From Octopus sinensis (Eukaryota): a stretch of DNA of 64,000 nt. Position numbers and translations under genes: made by a program. Below the pieces are notes generated by a model that was not told the origin of the DNA, searched no databases, and worked only from the letters and a program-made list of their open reading frames with translations. Location of the stretch: contig NC_042999.1 in the NCBI RefSeq assembly GCF_006345805.1, forward strand, positions 146,692,001-146,756,000, given 5' to 3'. Shown here in pieces: positions 14,256-26,465 of the stretch; the first letter of the stretch is position 1; every line of letters starts with the position of its first letter.

Positions 14256-14885
14256 CACTTCATTTTATCGTCCTTTGAGGGATGGAAAGCATCGTTCCAC
14301 TTATCTGCATTGAAACAAATAACTGAAATGAATGTAACTAAATGAAACAAAGAAAGTTGTTGCTGTAACGATTTTGTCAATTCACGGCACGGAGTTACAT
14401 AAAAAATAAAATGTGGCAGCTACATAACTACAAAATATATCTGAAAAAATGAGCACAGCCACTGAAGAAATTCACATCATCTGGCAGGATTCGAACTTAG
14501 CGAGATGTATAATAAAATTAAATTCTGTACAGATATTTGATTGTTCTACATTAAGTTTCTTCGAAAAACAACTCATATCAATAGGAAACCAATTGTTCAG
14601 ACAACAACGGCGGTGCCTACAATTGCAGAACACAGAATTTGAACAAAACTTCAGGAACAGCAGCCGCAGCAGTAGTAACAATGATAGAGTATTGCAGTTG
14701 TGTGTGTGTATTTAATAAAATATAGAAGATTCAATTTAGAAACATATAATCAATTTATTTATATTGCATTTCTAGGAAGTATTTGAGACAAATTCCCGAT
14801 GTAATCTTAGAAACGAAAAAGAGAAAAAACAAACAAGAAATACAACAAATAGTACCAAATAACGAATATGTGTGTGTGTCTGTGA

Positions 14886-14889
<4 letters not shown>

Positions 14890-14965
<76 letters not shown>

Positions 14966-14980
14966 GAGAATGAGAGAGAG
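14890..14980 (+). repeat. (GA)n microsatellite
   Basis: Direct reading of the sequence. Confidence 0.98.
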
Positions 14981-15423
14981 AAGCAGAGAATGGATGAAAG
15001 TAAAATCTGAAAACGAATTTGAACAGTGTTATCGTCGATGAAGGGGAAAATATTACTTGAACACGGAAAGAGAGTGGGGATGGCAAACGATTTTTTAAGC
15101 TAATCAAAGATAATATAGGCCAATTTCGTTGCAAAACTAAGCATATGGCATGTTATATTTGATTAAACTAGCTTTGTAACTATCACGTGAGTAGTTTAAA
15201 TAGAAACTGCTATCAGCTACAAATTTTGTTTTCGGTAGTTATTCGCACCAATAAAATCAAAGACTAAAAGACACCTCATTCAGAATTAGTTAAATACGGT
15301 TTAAGGTTGAAAGATAGATCTGTTGCCTTAAGTGAATAAATACACGAATACGCAATCACAAACACAATATGTATACATGTATATACAGGCAATCATGCAA
15401 TATATACATACAATATATGTATG

Positions 15424-15460
<37 letters not shown>

Positions 15461-15597
15461 ATGTGTGTGTGTGAGTGTGTGTGTATGTGTGTCTGTGTCT
15501 GTTGCGCGTATGCAAGATGGGTTGAAACGATCTTTGTGAGCAATGAAGTTTCTGATACATCCCATTTTCCGATACATCTCATTTATAATATACATAC

Positions 15598-15760
15598 GCA
15601 TGGTTACGTGGTAAGCTGCTTGCATTTCCACTACCTAGTTCCGGGTTCAGTCCCACAGCGTGGCACATTGGGTAAGTGTCTTGTGCTGTAGCCTCGGGCT
15701 GGCCAAACCCTTGAGAGTGGATTTTGTAGGCGGAAACTGAAAAAAAAACCAACGTATGTA
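15598..15760 (+). mobile_element. SINE family A, 5' fragment
   Basis: gtggtaagctgcttgc..ccgggttcagtccca..ttgggtaagtgtctt..ggaaactgaaa. Confidence 0.75.
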
Positions 15761-15789
15761 TATATATATATATATATATATCTATATAT

Positions 15790-15831
<42 letters not shown>

Positions 15832-15835
15832 ATAG

Positions 15836-15886
<51 letters not shown>

Positions 15887-15954
15887 GAAGACAGGCGTAT
15901 GAAGACAGACGCATGAACAACAAGCAGGTGTATTACTTTGACACTCGGGAAAGT

Positions 15955-16192
15955 GTTTATAAGCCATTTAAAGATCCACAAAAGACCGTTAGATTCACTT
16001 CAACATTTAAATTTAATTTGTGTCAAAATATTTTCCTCGCTGTGAAGTCAGAACCGTTTCACTGACAGCACGAAGTTTTGTCAGTGAATAGGTCGCGCCT
16101 TCAGAACGACGAAAATGTTTTGACACAAATTAGATTTAAATTTTTAAGAGAATCCAATGGTTTTTTTATGGGTCTTTAAATTGTTTATAAAC
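15955..16192. repeat. Fold-back element with diverged inverted arms of about 110 bp
   Basis: Termini GTTTATAA...TTATAAAC; internal match aatttgtgtcaaaatattttc / gaaaatgttttgacacaaatt; central TCACTGACA-11 nt-TGTCAGTGA. Confidence 0.85.
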
Positions 16193-16194
16193 TA

Positions 16195-16335
16195 GGTTTC
16201 TCATTCCTAAGGTATTTTTCGATATTGTTGTTGTTGTTATTATTATTATTATTATTATTATATTCAGGTCACTGCCTGGGACCGAACTCGGAATCTTGGG
16301 GTTAGTAGCCCGCGCTCTTAACCACTAAGCCATAT
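16195..16335 (-). mobile_element. Same SINE family, inverted head-to-head partner, truncated before the hammerhead
   Basis: Reverse complement reads ATATGGCTTAGTGGTTAAGAGCGCGGGCTACTAACCCCAAGATTCCGAGTTCGGTCCCAGG..(AAT)n..CCTTAGGAATGAGA. Confidence 0.85.
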
Positions 16336-16352
16336 ACTCGTGGGCGAACGGT

Positions 16353-16640
16353 CATATGGCTTAGTGGTTAAGAGCGCGGGCTAGTACCCCAAGATTCCAA
16401 GTTTGGTTCCAGGCATTGACCTAAATAATAATAATAATAACAACAACAATAATAATAATTATTATTATTATAATAGTAATAATAACAACAACAACAACAT
16501 CGAAAAGTACCTTAGGAATGAGAACCCAGGTTCGAAATTTCTCCAAGACACCTGATGAAGACTGGCGGGTATATCAGCCGAAACTTTGTATAAATAACAA
16601 AGATGAGGGCAAATATTCGTCAAATGTAAATAATGTATGG
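16353..16640 (+). mobile_element. tRNA-derived SINE with internal (TAA)n and a hammerhead-bearing tail
   Basis: A-box TGGCTTAGTGG (16357-67), degenerate B-box (about 16399-16410), then (AAT/AAC)n. The tail contains GACAC-CTGATGA-A-GACTG..CAGCC-GAAA-CTTT (16547-16592, degenerate). Homologous to 23783-24958. Confidence 0.8.
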
Positions 16641-16845
16641 TGAAAGTAGTTGTTTGTCAGCACATGATAGTCATTAATATAAGCTTTTGTTTTACTTCGT
16701 AATAAGTCTTTGCATTATATAGAATGAAAATGTTTGTCAACGACACTATATCACCTAATAGTTTTGACAGTTTATAAAAGACTGCGTTATTAAGAAGTGA
16801 ACAGAAAGTGGATATGATCATGTCTGTTTATTCATAAATGGCAAA

Positions 16846-16884
<39 letters not shown>

Positions 16885-18084
16885 TGCTTAAAGAACAAGA
16901 GATGGAAAGAGTGAGAGAGTGAGCGTTTAACCCTGCCATTCGTTGTTGCAGCGTAGACAATTCTAATTGACAAGTCTTGTGATCAATATTATGCCAGAGC
17001 TTCCCATCAATTTTGTGAGGGTGGTATATTAGGGCTGTACTAAGGAGTCTGTCCTTACTTTAAGTCAGCAGGGTGTGATTTGAGGGACATTCGACTACCC
17101 TCTCTAGGAAGTCGACTGGACAGTTAAAAGCTCGTTCAAAGTATTCAAGAATTGATGTCGATTTTCATGTTTCTATGCGTCTGTAAGTATGTCTGTGTAC
17201 GCTAGTGCAGATGTAAGAGACAGAGAGAGGCAGACAGAAGGAAAGAAAGATTGAGAGAAAGAAGGGGAGAGAGAAAGGAGCGAAAGAGAGACAGAAAAAT
17301 AAAAGGACTGAAAGAAGAGAAATATAGAGAGGTAGAATGAGAGGCCATCGCCTGCTTATGTCCGTATTCAAGACTAGGTAGATACGTTGGTTGGAGAAAG
17401 GAATTGCATCAGAATACCAAAATGATGAAGATACAAATATCTGTTGTGATTCTACCGAACTATCAGAACAAGATTATATCGGAGATTAACAATACTACAG
17501 ATGAAATATATCAGATCACGAATGACTGGCTATTTTCAGACCAATGGATTGTCAAGAATTGGTGTAGAGTTAGGTAGATAGCGGAAGTATGCGGAGAACT
17601 TCTGCACCGAATAATAAGCGGAAATTAAATAAAATATATAGACTAGAACAAGGTACACAATGAAGACCAGACCAGGGCTAAAAATACCGCACCAAATCAG
17701 AATATCGGAAGGTTATTAGCACTCGTGCCCACCACCTCCGTGCCTATGCGACAATGTACACATACACTCACAAGTTCACTTAAACACATGTCGATGAATG
17801 TACGCGGGCGCGTTCTCATGTCTAAACATATATGTACACGCGTATAAATATGCGTACGCGTATGATAGTAAAAGTCTATGCATGTATGAGTCTTTATATA
17901 TATGGGTGTGTGTGTATGTGTGTTATATATGCGTATATTTATATTCATATGAGTGTCTTAGTAAGAAACAATGTATAAGCATGCAAAACGCTCGCATACA
18001 AATGCATGCGTGCACACACATACATATGTAAGTACACGCATACTATATGATGCAGTTGTGTGCATATATATACATATGTATATA

Positions 18085-18139
<55 letters not shown>

Positions 18140-18206
18140 ATATCAATATCTACATCTATATCAATATCTACATCTATATCATATATCTATCTATCTATCT
18201 ATCTAT

Positions 18207-18303
<97 letters not shown>

Positions 18304-18644
18304 ATGTGTGTGTGTAAACAGAAACACGCAAATGTGTGTGTCCGTGTGAAAAGAAAATAATAGGAAGTGATCCAGACAGAAAGTACAAATGTAATTTTGG
18401 GACCTTTATCCAATAACAATACTGTAACAGAATCAGAAGCAACAGTAGTTATATAAATACTTTTAGAATATTTTGTATGTCTTGTGTGTAAGTTTGTGTG
18501 TGTGGTGTGTGTGGTGTGTGTGTGTGTGTGTGTGTGTAGTGTATGTAAGCATGCTCGTCTAGACATATGTCTTTGTCTATATGACAGAATGATAGAGATA
18601 CAGAGGGGGGGGGAAACAGAAGTGTATATACATATACATAAAGA

Positions 18645-18678
<34 letters not shown>

Positions 18679-18863
18679 AAGAGAGAGATGAGACGGAGAG
18701 AGTCAGCGAGGGACGGGAAGATAAAGAAATAGAAATTCCATGCTTTTCTTCTGCAAGCCGACAGGGCTCGCTCTAAGCTCTCTAATATATACATATATAT
18801 ATGTGTGTGTGTGTGTATGTATGTATATATATTATATATATATATATATATAATATATATATA

Positions 18864-18928
<65 letters not shown>

Positions 18929-19484
18929 AAAGAATTTTGTGCATGTGCATGTGTATATATATGTATGAGCGAATTCTAAACCAAAATGTGCTAGGATGAA
19001 AATGGAGTAAAGTATGAGGTAGCCATTGTTGGGATCTGTTGCTCTAGGATCATATCACTTTCTGTTAACATTAGACCAATTATTAACATATAGATTCTAT
19101 CTTTTTATTGCTAAATGATGATAACGCATTTGATGTATATATATATATGTTAATGTATCTAACTGTTCTGAGTAAAACACAAGCAATCACTCTCCTTCGT
19201 TGCCAGACACAGGAACTGATGCGAACAAAGCATCTCTCTATATTTGTACACACACATACATACACAGAGACACGCACACACATACACACACATGTATATA
19301 TAAGTAAATACGGTGAGCTGGCAAAACCGTTTGCACATCGGAAAAAGTGCATAGCGGCATTTCGCCCGCTTTTACGTTCTAAGTTCAAATTCTCCCAAGG
19401 TCATCTTGTACCTGTTAATACTGGAGTTGATGTGGTTCACTAGCCACCTACACCCCAAAGTTTCAAACTTTGTGCCTAGAGTAG

Positions 19485-19524
<40 letters not shown>

Positions 19525-20129
19525 ACTTATAAATAAGGGATAAAGAAAATTATTTCAATGCCAATATATATATATATATATATGGGTGTGTATATATATA
19601 TATATAATATATATATATATGTGTGTGTGTATGTATGTATATATATATATGGGTGTGTATATATATATGTCTGTGTGTATGTATAGGCATATACAGGGTG
19701 GAAAGAAATCAGCGTCTCAACTCTGTGTGAGTATGTGTGAGTATGTAAATTGTCAATAACCATTGACAATTTTGTCTTTTTTTTTCGGCATATTTGGCAT
19801 TAGAATTTTTCTTTTGCCCTTATTTTATAAGTTGTTTATAAATTTAACCTTTAAAGGTATTTTTTGATATACTAGCCATTCATAAAATTTGTTTTCGAAA
19901 AAAATTATCCTACATTAGTTATATTTATACATATTTATATATGTAACGATGCAACGCTATGTTTCTACTACTGTATACTTTTAGTTGTATAGGTAAGAGG
20001 TTACCCAAAATTACATTGAAGAACATTCTGCTATTGAGAAGTAAAAGCAATTTTTGTTCTATCATGTGACTCAGTCATTAGAAGAATCATATTACTTGGG
20101 AAATAGGACTGATTTTCAAATATAACAGT

Positions 20130-20171
<42 letters not shown>

Positions 20172-20201
20172 CAAGGTGATATATATATAGAGAGAGAGAT
20201 G

Positions 20202-20237
<36 letters not shown>

Positions 20238-20393
20238 TGTTGAAATGGAAAGATGAATTATCTTGTTACGGATTACTCAAAAGTTTAACCGATACCTGGG
20301 TAGCAAAAATCACAGCAGAAAAAACACGGTTGGAGATATGACGATATGGTGTTGCAACCGTGCGTTGGCGCGGATAATTGAAGTTTAATATAA

Positions 20394-20587
20394 TAGTGAA
20401 TAGAAGAAATGGAGTTGAACGAAGATTGTACAGAATTCCTTTTATTACATTCTACACATGTTTCAAATGCCACAATTTAATCAGAATTTAACCATAATTT
20501 GGAAAATTGTGGCCTTTGAAACATGTGTAGAATGTAATAAAAGGAATTCTGTACAATCTTCGTTCAACTCCATTTTTCTATTCACTA
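20394..20587. repeat. Inverted repeat, 85-bp arms with 25-bp spacer
   Basis: 20394-20478 versus 20504-20587 differ by one substitution and one 1-bp indel. ORFs on both strands share AFETCVECNKRNSVQSSFNSI. Confidence 0.95.
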
Positions 20588-20597
20588 ATTATATATA

Positions 20598-20657
<60 letters not shown>

Positions 20658-20667
20658 TTATATATAT

Positions 20668-20727
<60 letters not shown>

Positions 20728-20983
20728 GTAGAGAGATAGATAGATAGATACATATGCGTGAAAGAGAGAGAGAGAGGGGGATATTTGCATTTTCGAACAC
20801 GAATCACCAAAAACCTGAATAATTCTATCAATCAATCGCTCCATCACTCTATATGTATGTATGTATGTTGTATGTATGTATGTATGTATGTATGTATCTA
20901 TATATATATCTATCTATCTATTACCGTCTCTCATTTTGTTTATCTCTCTCTTTGTATGTAATGTATGTATGCATGCATGTATT

Positions 20984-21050
<67 letters not shown>

Positions 21051-21505
21051 CCATGCATACATAATATATACGTGTGTCAGTGTGTTTAGTAAGAAATGCA
21101 AACATTTTAAATACTTAAGCATAAACGTATCCACCATTTATATAATATAACACTTTAAATAAAATCATGCTTATTTCAATCAAATATTGTACGACATCAA
21201 TTCTTCGCAAACATTTGTAATTCAATAAAAAAAATTATCAATCTCTCTCAAATTAGATACTTACAGGCTACTTTTCTATTATTTTTTAAAACTGATATGT
21301 TTTTATCTCTGCTAAGTAATTACTTACTTAGCGATGCAGAATAAACACCGCCACTCCCATACGCACGAGTCCATACAATGTATACATTAATATCTGAAAT
21401 ACATATATATTCATGATTCGAGTCGATAGCAACGTTAATAGTATTTCCTAGCTTTGGATATAACGACTAACCTTTCACACACACACAATTTATATATAGA
21501 AAAGT

Positions 21506-21539
<34 letters not shown>

Positions 21540-21563
21540 ATATAGATATTTATATATTATATT

Positions 21564-21594
<31 letters not shown>

Positions 21595-21651
21595 GATATA
21601 TATATATATATATATCAAATAATTTATATAAATTAAAATTTAACAATGAAT

Positions 21652-21703
21652 AACCACTACGATCGTTTCGTGTCAGCACATCTTAGACATTCTTCAGGTG
21701 GTT
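21652..21703 (-). ncRNA. Minimal type I hammerhead ribozyme motif (mirror copy)
   Basis: Exact reverse complement of 21937-21988. Confidence 0.8.
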
Positions 21704-21779
21704 TCCTAAACCTTCTTGCGAGTTATAACTATGAAGTTATATGATTTGCATAATAGTGGTTTTGTCTCTAATTATTATA

Positions 21780-21810
<31 letters not shown>

Positions 21811-21936
21811 ATATATGGTAAATTAGAGACAAAACCACTATTATGCAAATATATATATATTATAATAAATTAGAGACAAAACCACTATTATGCAAATCAT
21901 ATAAACTTCATATTTATAACTCGCTAAGAAGGTTAG

Positions 21937-21988
21937 AACCACCTGAAGAATGTCTAAGATGTGCTGACACGAAACGATCGTAGTGGTT
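21937..21988 (+). ncRNA. Minimal type I hammerhead ribozyme motif
   Basis: Stem I AACCAC/GTGGTT; core CTGAAGA (21943-49); stem II TGTC/GACA closed by an A.C mismatch; GAAA (21971-74); palindromic stem III ACGATCGT; GTA triplet with predicted cut after 21982. Confidence 0.8.
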
Positions 21989-23879
21989 ATTCATTTGTTA
22001 TTTTAATTATATAAATTATTTTATGTATTGGCTTAAGTTTCTTCTTTGTTTGATTTCATATAGTGTTTTGTCTCTAATTATTATAATGTAATATTTTATA
22101 TAAAATTGGATCCAATCTTAAATCTATTTTTCCTTGTAAATTTCGATTTATTCCCTAATATTTATTATATTATATATATATATATATATCAATATATATA
22201 CATATACATGTATACTGCATAATTTTGTGAACGTGTTATAAGAAAATGCTTAATAAATAACAAGCTCTAAACAAATGACAATAATCCGAAAAGTATATTT
22301 CCTCATGGAATTTTATTGGTGACTAGGTTACAGACAGATTTCATTCGGGTCTTGCGATTTCGTTACTGCTAGAATTTCCATGAACATATATAAGGCTAGA
22401 AACTTAACTATACATCTATAAACTAGAGTCTAATAAACTTCTACAGAAACAGGCACGGACACACATACACACACGCCTCAAACACACACAAACAAAAGTG
22501 ATAAAACATATTAAAATGAACGGTTACATGATTTGCAGAAAACCGTCCGACATCGAGAATCGCAGCTATGCTCACTCTTTCAATGTACGCAATGCAAAAA
22601 CTTCCAATGCGACATTTGAATAAAACTGTACATCGTAGGACAAGATTAGACATTACGAATAGAATGATACTTATATTAAATCACCTCGGAAAGTTAGCTG
22701 TGTATTTTTACATGTGTAGTGGGATGAGGTCACATAATTTTGAATACGTGAGAATGAAGCTGAAATGTTAACTGCAACTGGAACTACATTTTGATAGATA
22801 TGCGTTGTACACCAAAAGAAACATTTCAATCGCATCAAAGAAGAGAGAAAGAGAGTAACAGGAAAAAGAGAGAAAGTGGAGAACAGACAGAGAGAGAAAG
22901 AGAGAGATAGACTAGAGTGAAGATGAAGCAATCTTCATTTTTGATATAAATATGACATATTTTTCATACACATGAGAATTCGTAATGACAAATATATAAT
23001 ATATATACCTATAAATTTGTAGGGTGGTGAAAATGATAGCGACTGAAGTAAGATTTCAACTCACAATATTAGGAGATTTGCAGTGATATTTCGGCAAATG
23101 CCTCGTTGTCGATAAACCTGTGAAAAATAACTGACAAATCTACGTCAAATTATAGTCTAAGAAAAATAGTTGATTGATGTTGTCCGACATAAACTATCTT
23201 GGACATGAAAGAGATGGTCACGGCTGAAACGCCTTTGATTCTTGATGAGCTTCATTAGAATTGATAGGAGGAAATAACAAGAGCAACAACATCATCAACA
23301 ACAACACAACAACAAAATAAACCAGCGGTGTACTATTATTTGTGAACTTCTCCAGGAGTCAGCAATACATTCCAATATTGAAACTGAGAAGCCAATTTTT
23401 TAATATATATATATTACTTAAAATTAAATATTTCCTGAGAGTCGTAAATAGCTAATCCTGCAAAGATTGCATTCTTTCATAACAAACAAAACTGAATAAA
23501 CAAAGAAAGAGAATAAAGTCTGAAACATCTAACCGAAGTTGTACCTTTCTCTGTTAAACTGGGTTTAATTGCGTACTTTACTTCGATATTTTGTCGTGAT
23601 AGAACAGACTTCATGCTTTTTTGTGAGTGTTTCGTTTGTGTTTCAGAGGAAACCCGTTAAACGTAATTGCCTGTAGGTTCACACAGTAGTAGAGACAAAT
23701 ACGCCCTCATATATGATACATAACTCTTTATTTTCTGTATCACCAAAAAAATTTCATTTTGTATATATTAATCAGTAACAATCATGTGATACAGTTCTAT
23801 ATTTAAGAGATGAGGAATTATGTACATTAATTACATTATTTACATTCGACGGATATTTGTCCTCATCTCGTTTGTTGTT

Positions 23880-23925
23880 AACACAACGTTTCGGCTGATA
23901 TACCCTCCAGCCTTCTTCAGGTTTC
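23880..23925 (-). ncRNA. Minimal hammerhead motif in the tail of a tRNA-derived SINE
   Basis: GAAAC-CTGAAGA-A-GGCTG(gagggtatat)CAGCC-GAAA-C-GTT-GTGTT. The core and 5-bp stem II are intact, stem III is the palindrome AACGTT, and stem I has one mismatch. Confidence 0.65.
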
Positions 23926-23998
23926 TTGGGGAAATTTTGAACCTGGGTTCTCATTCCTAAGGTATTTTCCGATGTTATTAGTATTATTACTATTATTA

Positions 23999-24083
<85 letters not shown>

Positions 24084-24084
<1 letters not shown>

Positions 24085-24818
24085 TATGTTTGACTTTTGC
24101 TTTATGTCTGTACAAGTTGGCTCCAAGTCTCACCCAGAGACCTCAAGAGACAACAGGCTGGAAGTTCACATTGTTGTTATGCCTGGTGTGCCATATATAT
24201 ATATATATTTGGTGTTGTAATAGTGAATGTCTAATACATAGATTTAGAAAAAAAAAGTTTGTTTTAAACCTTAGGATTACATAGAAAGTATTTTGCGTAG
24301 GATATGAGCAGTTCCCATGAGCACTATATTTTGAATTTCTGCCATTTTGGGGTTTCCTGGTTTTTGAGTTAGGTAGCAATCAGCCCCTTTCGCTATCATT
24401 CCCAGGGCACCTATGACAACAGGTATTGTTTTAGTCGTCAGGTTCCACATTTTTGTAATTTCTATTTCAAGATCTTTATATTTGCTCAGTTTTTGGTAGC
24501 TCTTGACAGATACGTTTATATCGATTGGGACAGTCATATAAATGAGGAGGCATGTTCTTTGTCTGAAGTCTTTCAATATGATGTCTGGCCTATTTGCATC
24601 TATCTTTCTGTCAGTTTGAATGGTGAAGTTCCAGAGGAGTGAGATATGGTCATTTTCAAGCACTGGAGGTGGATTGTGTTGCCACCAGTTTTTTTCATGG
24701 GGCAAATCCAGGTTTTTGCAAATTACCCAGTGAATATATTGTGCAGCTCTATCATGCCTGTTGAGGTACTTTGTATGCGCTAGAAGACTGCATTTGGAGA
24801 CAACATGATCAATGGTTT
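24084..24818 (-). mobile_element. 5'-truncated Dong/R4-like RLE non-LTR retrotransposon (zinc-knuckle end, RLE domain, 3' UTR)
   Basis: Translation TIDHVVSKC..KYLNRHDRAAQYIHW..LLWNFTIQTDRKIDANRPDIILKD..CLLIYMTVP..KLSKYKDL..IPVVIGALG..GTAHILRKILSM* (ORF 24277-24705, extended upstream). Both ends run into (TAA)n arrays. Confidence 0.9.
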
Positions 24819-24870
24819 TTATTATTATTATTATTATTATTATATTATTATTATTTTATTATTATTATTA

Positions 24871-24910
<40 letters not shown>

Positions 24911-25590
24911 GCACAGGTCACTGTTTGGAATCGAACTCAGAATCCTTGGGGTTAGTATGTCAATAATGTAAATCAAGTCATACTTCCTAATAGTCTGTGT
25001 ATTTTATGAACCAGTTGCAATTACTAAGCTGCTACACGATTTTTCTTCGATTTTACCAAAGAGCGACTTGTTCAATAGATATATTTGATTGATCGCAAAG
25101 AAAAAAAATTATCTATTGACATAAACCTATTTGAAAATATCTACTTGAATTAGATAAATGATTAGGTGTAGGAATTTTAAATAACCGTGTCCTAATACTA
25201 ACGACATTGCACAAAATTTTCATCACTTTGAGGTTGATATAATGAATGGAACTAACACAATTGGATGAATTATAAAAAGGCAGACTTGTGTTATACGTGA
25301 AATCAGGCTGTGTGTGTGTCAATGTTCTGCTTCATCAAAGAGCGACGAGTCAACCTAACAAAGCATCGTTAGACAGCGTCGTCGTGATCATCATCATCAT
25401 CATCATCATCGTCGTCGTCGTCGTCGTCATGATGATGATGATCATCATCATCGTCATCGTCATCGCCATCAGTGTCGTCATCGTCGTCATTCCCAATCCC
25501 ATTTCACAGCAATGAAAATATGCACGACCACATCAAAGACTTCTTTTCTAACAGCTAACTGCACACATACACGCATACACACACACACAT

Positions 25591-25628
<38 letters not shown>

Positions 25629-26046
25629 ACACGCACACACATACACACAACATTGCAACAATTTCCTGCATTAAACCTAATGATATTCGAAAATGTAATA
25701 CGTAATGTGACTGGATAAAGATATAAAAAACATTTAACAGAATCCCGATTACGTCTTACTTTGCACAAATATTACGGAACTGAATGCTGTGGTCAATAGA
25801 ATTCCTGACATTCCCGCATTGATCTCTTCGATGGCTAATCAATCCCGCTGCAGATGTGCATGTTTTGAATCATAGGTGATAAGCAAGAGTAGTAAAGTCA
25901 TTTATCCAAGATGCTTCGCGCTTCGAGATATATTTCTGAAGCGAAATTCTTATTCACTCAGTTATACCAGCGTCCATATAACCATGTGTGCTCCAACGAA
26001 TATTCGTGTTGGATATTGAACTACGTATATAAGTAAGTGTGAGTGA

Positions 26047-26078
<32 letters not shown>

Positions 26079-26282
26079 TGTGTTTGTGTCTGTGTGTGTG
26101 TGTGAGTGTTATGAGTTTCGTTGTCGAATGATATTAGATAACTATGAATGGAGTTTAATTAACTCATTCACAATATCATTCTAATACCGCTAAGTTAATA
26201 ACATTACCTAGGTTATAGCTTCCGTGACGCCTGTAATTTTCGTTTCCCTGCTACGGCTGTATGAAGCTGTTGTTGTTGTTGG

Positions 26283-26465
26283 TTTTGTTTAGGTCAATCA
26301 TAAACACTCCGCCTATGACCATTCCATCTTAAGTGTCATCTAGATCTACGTTTTCTAATAAGTACTTTTTATTTTTAGACGGTACTTAGGGATCGGATCT
26401 GAGAGAGATCTGGTTGCTATTTCCCTCTGTGTGAGCGACCATATAAAGGTTTCATCGTATATATT
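26283..26465 (-). repeat. Old interspersed repeat (SINE-like 3' portion)
   Basis: Similar segments (ggttgctatttc, gagcgacca, atgaccattcc) recur at about 3470-3600, 16960-17150, 48880-49010, 55330-55420 and 59430-59500. Confidence 0.5.

Larger units (their letters stand above)
21617..22021. repeat. Fold-back element centred on (TA)n, hammerhead in each arm
   Basis: Left arm 21617-21774 is the reverse complement of the right arm 21867-22021. An extra 30-bp direct copy of the inner end lies at 21821-21850. Confidence 0.9.
23783..24958 (-). mobile_element. Same SINE family, split by the Dong/R4-like insertion
   Basis: Head remnant at 24911-24958 and tail at 23783-23972 match the 16353-16640 copy. 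The (TAA)n tract lies on both sides of the insert. Confidence 0.8.
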
